Source of the DNA: an uncultured delta proteobacterium
GTDB taxonomy: Bacteria; Myxococcota_A; Polyangia; Polyangiales; Polyangiaceae
NCBI GenBank assembly: GCA_963696385.1
Contig: CAVOKF010000005.1
Location: 928,001 to 992,000 of the forward strand
Reading direction: 5' to 3'
DNA length: 64,000 nucleotides
The position numbers were made by a program, and so were the translations under genes. A model generated the notes under the pieces. That model was not told where the DNA came from, did not search any database, and was given only the letters and a program-made list of their open reading frames with translations. Each line of letters opens with the position of its first letter. The first letter of the stretch is position 1. Below, piece by piece: positions 61,195 through 64,000 of this stretch.

Positions 61195-62625
61195 TCACAT
61201 CGAGGTGGGGGGCGTCGTGATCGCTCTGCGAATCGAAGCTCGCGGAGCGTGGTCGTCGAAGGTGATCGCCGTGCTCGCGACCCGGACGCCAAGATCGGAC
61301 CATAGCGCGGCCAGATCGACCGAGCCGGGCGCAAGAGCCAGAGCCCGGTACAGTTCGGAGACCACGGTCGTGCCCGTCGCGCGGTCGGCGGCTTCGAGAA
61401 AGCGCGCGATGTCGACGGTCGCCGCGGCGTCATCCCGGGCGCCGATCAAGCCGCGGAGCACGTCATCGAAGGACCGGTCCCCGCGCGTCGCTTCGCGGAT
61501 CCGAACGTCGGCGACGAAGCAGAAGAGGGCTCCGCCCCAATACGTACGGCCCCAGGTTCGGGTTCGATCGAGACCCCGGTCGCCCGCCTCGGGCAGCCCC
61601 TGGGGGAGGCCTTGCGCGAGCTCCCGCCAGTATCGTTCGGCGGTCACCAGCCCGGCGCGCGCCCGCACGATCGGCTCGACGTATGTCGCAATCCCCTCGT
61701 CCAACCAGGCGTGCGCGTGCCCGAGCGACGGCAAGGTGGCGTGGATCAGTTCGTGCGTAACGACCCAGTCGTCTCGCGCGGCCTCGGCCGTCAGTCCGTC
61801 GGCCGGTCGAATTACGACCGCCGGGCCGCCCTCGGTGATCGTTTCGCCGCGGGTGCTTTGGCCCAACCCCGGCACGATGATCACGAGCACTCTCGGCACC
61901 GGCAAGGCGCCGTAATAGGCGGCCAGGCTCGAGGCTCCGCGGGCGACCCAAGCCGTCAATTCGGGGGGGGTGAGCGGCAGGCCACGGGGTGCAAGTGCCA
62001 CGTCGATCCGCGCGGCGCCAACGGGGATCGTGTCGAGTCGAAAGGAGCCGAACACGGCGAAGCTCGCATTGGCCATGTCGGCCGTGGCAGCCTCGAACGT
62101 ATCGGCGGAACCACCAACCGCACGGATGCCGGTCGCGAAGTGCGTCGTGCCCTTCGTGGTCACTCGAAATCGAAAACGATTGCGGCCAACCGGTTCGGTG
62201 GGGCGGAGCAGCCACGTGGAGGGTGGCGCGACGATCGAATCGCCGGCAGCCAGCGCCGACTCCGCGTCGTTCAGACGGTGCGCCGCCTCGTCGAGCGCAA
62301 ACCCGTAACGGATCCGGCATCCCCCGCGGCATGGCGCGACCCACGTAGTGCCGTCGCTCGGCAGCGGCTTCCAGCCGCCGTCCACGGCGTATTGGGGGTC
62401 GCGTACGAATGGGGCGCCGTCCGGGTCGACTTCGAGAGCCTGCGCTTCGGTGGGCGCAAAGTCGGCGGCAATGCGTAGAACGTTTGCCGCGGGGCCGACC
62501 GCTTCGACGGCGTACGTCCAGACGAGAGGCGGGCCGGAAGGGGGCGCATGAAGCGCGCGAGCGCCGCCGGGGGTCTCGGGCATCGAACCCGCACAACCGG
62601 CCAAGGCCAACGCCGAGGCGAGCAT
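61195..62625 (-). CDS. Gluzincin (M1/M61-like) zinc metallopeptidase lipoprotein; start uncertain
   Basis: LAGC lipobox; HELIH followed by WLDEGIATY (downstream Glu ligand); RTYWGGA. Confidence 0.85.
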   Translation of the reverse strand: MLASALALAGCAGSMPETPGGARALHAPPSGPPLVWTYAVEAVGPAANVLRIAADFAPTEAQALEVDPDGAPFVRDPQYAVDGGWKPLPSDGTTWVAPCRGGCRIRYGFALDEAAHRLNDAESALAAGDSIVAPPSTWLLRPTEPVGRNRFRFRVTTKGTTHFATGIRAVGGSADTFEAATADMANASFAVFGSFRLDTIPVGAARIDVALAPRGLPLTPPELTAWVARGASSLAAYYGALPVPRVLVIIVPGLGQSTRGETITEGGPAVVIRPADGLTAEAARDDWVVTHELIHATLPSLGHAHAWLDEGIATYVEPIVRARAGLVTAERYWRELAQGLPQGLPEAGDRGLDRTRTWGRTYWGGALFCFVADVRIREATRGDRSFDDVLRGLIGARDDAAATVDIARFLEAADRATGTTVVSELYRALALAPGSVDLAALWSDLGVRVASTAITFDDHAPRASIRRAITTPPTSM

Positions 62626-62653
62626 CCAGGCGGACCCCGCATGCGAGCCGCGC

Positions 62654-62679
62654 TGTAACCGGGCCGGTGTTTTGCCGTA
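62654..62679 (+). promoter_or_regulatory. Putative ECF promoter for the DoxX gene
   Basis: TGTAAC-N16-CGTA, 43 nt upstream of the ATG at 62723. Confidence 0.7.
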
Positions 62680-62722
62680 CGCTGGAACGGAAAGCACCAC
62701 CTCGGTCTTGGAGGGCTGTTCG

Positions 62723-63253
62723 ATGACGAACGCTTCGACCTTCATTCTGTCTTTGCGCACGCGCTGGCTCGACGCGATCGAGCCTATTCGATGGTTGGCA
62801 CCTTTGCTCGGTCGGCTCGCCGTCGGCCTTTTGTTCATGAGCACCGGGTGGGGAAAAGTTCATGACCTGGCCAAAGTCGCGGCTTTCTTCGAGAAGCTCG
62901 GGATCCCCGCTCCTGGTTTCAATGCGGTTCTCGTCGGCACCAGTGAACTCGTCTGCGGCACGCTGCTCGTGATCGGTCTGCTGACCCGGTTGGCGACGAT
63001 TCCGCTCGTCGTCAGCATGGTCGTCGCCATCGCGACGGCGAAGAGCAGCGAGATCCATGGGCTGTTCGATCTGGTGGGCGCAGACGAGTTCACGTACCTT
63101 GTCGTTCTGATCATGATCGCGATCCTCGGGCCGGGCTCGGTGGCGCTCGATCGGCTGCTGGTAGAGGGATTAACACGTAGCGAAGCGAAACCCGGGGTTG
63201 GTGGCGAAGCGAGACCCGGGGTTGGTGGCGAAGCGAGACCCGGATCACCCTGA
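62723..63253 (+). CDS. DoxX-family membrane protein (BufD-like)
   Basis: RLAVGLLFMSTGWGK, ELVCG..L.IGLLTR, GPGSVALD; GGAGG RBS. Confidence 0.93.
   Translation: MTNASTFILSLRTRWLDAIEPIRWLAPLLGRLAVGLLFMSTGWGKVHDLAKVAAFFEKLGIPAPGFNAVLVGTSELVCGTLLVIGLLTRLATIPLVVSMVVAIATAKSSEIHGLFDLVGADEFTYLVVLIMIAILGPGSVALDRLLVEGLTRSEAKPGVGGEARPGVGGEARPGSP
63182..63243 (+). repeat. 24-nt tandem repeat (about 2.6 copies) at the 3' end of the DoxX gene
   Basis: GAAGCGA(A/G)ACCCGGGGTTGGTGGC twice plus GAAGCGAGACCCGG; encodes EA(K/R)PGVGG. Confidence 0.85.
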
Positions 63254-63398
63254 GCGCTTCGCTCCGCCTCGACTCGCTTCGCTCGCTCGGCTCCGCTCTC
63301 GCGGAACCGGGCGGCGCGACACGTCGAGGGGAGCGCCGCTCCCCTCGAGCTCCCCAGCGCTCCCCAGCGCTCCCCTCGAGCTCCCCAGCCGGAGGAGC
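63238..63398 (+). repeat. REP/MITE-like element, copy 3
   Basis: Aligns with 30553-30679; same hairpin with a shortened loop, plus duplicated GCTCCCCAGC units. Confidence 0.85.
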
Positions 63399-63605
63399 CG
63401 TCGAGAGCCGTGACCGGCCCGGATTGGTTGGGAAGCCAACGATGCGCGAGGGGCCGCGAAAAATTCATTCGCATGACAAATAGCCGTTGTAAGTGAATCG
63501 TCTGGGGGGTATGGTCTGGGCGTTTCGATGCGAAGGTCGGCGCGTGCTCTGCACCCCGACGCCGCGATGGGCGTCGCGCGGCCGCGCCGCGCCCGCGAGG
63601 AGGCC

Positions 63606-63827
63606 ATGAACATGTCGAACGCCACGAAAGCGCGCCGAATGGCGGACTCCGACGAACGACGCACGTCTTCCGTGCGCGCACAGACAGCCATCGTTCGGAC
63701 GCTCGCCGACGCATTGAGGCATCACACCGCCTCAGGTGAGGCGGCGCAGAGTCTGCGGCAACAGCTGGTCGAAGAGGTTTCCCGGCTGCGGCTGAACTTG
63801 GTGACCCCCGCGTTCCGCGGGCGCTGA
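63606..63827 (+). CDS. Small hypothetical protein (73 aa)
   Basis: GAGGAGG RBS; helical amphipathic composition (LRQQLVEEVSRL). Confidence 0.55.
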   Translation: MNMSNATKARRMADSDERRTSSVRAQTAIVRTLADALRHHTASGEAAQSLRQQLVEEVSRLRLNLVTPAFRGR

Positions 63828-64000
63828 TCCCCTGCGCGCAGGACGGCGCGTGGCTGGCGGCGGGGCGGAATTGAACTCACACCCAGTCTCACGTGCGTCA
63901 CACGAAACGCGGCGGACACGATTTGATGAGCCGATGCGGCCTGCTTGTGTCAGTGATGCAGACGTGCGTCATCCGACGTCATCCGACGACCGGGCCGATG

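Noticed and set aside
63182..63398. Repeats as a CRISPR array
   Set aside because: No unique spacers and no cas genes; these are a tandem repeat plus a REP-like element.
63800..63940. Intact tRNA gene
   Set aside because: No cloverleaf can be drawn; only a T-loop-like fragment and CCA are present.

Overview
This is a 64-kb high-GC bacterial window. Many Ser/Thr kinases, FHA proteins, Cys-rich lipoproteins and a sigma54 activator suggest Myxococcota (Polyangiaceae-like); the taxon is inferred. About 50 genes are supportable. Housekeeping genes: tkt (partial), tyrA, acnA, carbonic anhydrase, prmA-rsmE, glgC, an mltD-like gene, glmU-murA-hisG and fumC. Four accessory modules stand out. (1) 51.2-56.8 kb, a candidate prenyl-indole pathway: a DMATS-type prenyltransferase with an extra C-terminal domain, a Tat-exported cytokinin-dehydrogenase-like flavoprotein lacking the CKX catalytic Asp, a divergent tryptophanase, and a hairpin-rich spacer. 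This is the best candidate for an undescribed system. (2) 57.4-63.3 kb, a bufferin-like RiPP locus: a Cys-rich lipoprotein precursor, DUF692, DUF2063, ECF sigma/NrsF, DoxX and a gluzincin peptidase, with three matching AAC-N16-CGTA promoters. (3) 27.6-37.5 kb, a nitrogen-linked module: PP2C, APC permease, Ser/Thr kinase, Amt, circularly permuted ATP-grasp, alpha-E and a Cys1-less GATase-transglutaminase fusion. (4) 39.9-44.8 kb, a beta-barrel gene coupled to a 13-heme cytochrome c. Also seen: two single-base frameshifts (a kinase and the lytic transglycosylase) and three copies of a ~130-bp REP/MITE-like element. No CRISPR array, rRNA, intact tRNA or transposase was seen. All calls come from motif recognition by eye; no database searches were run.
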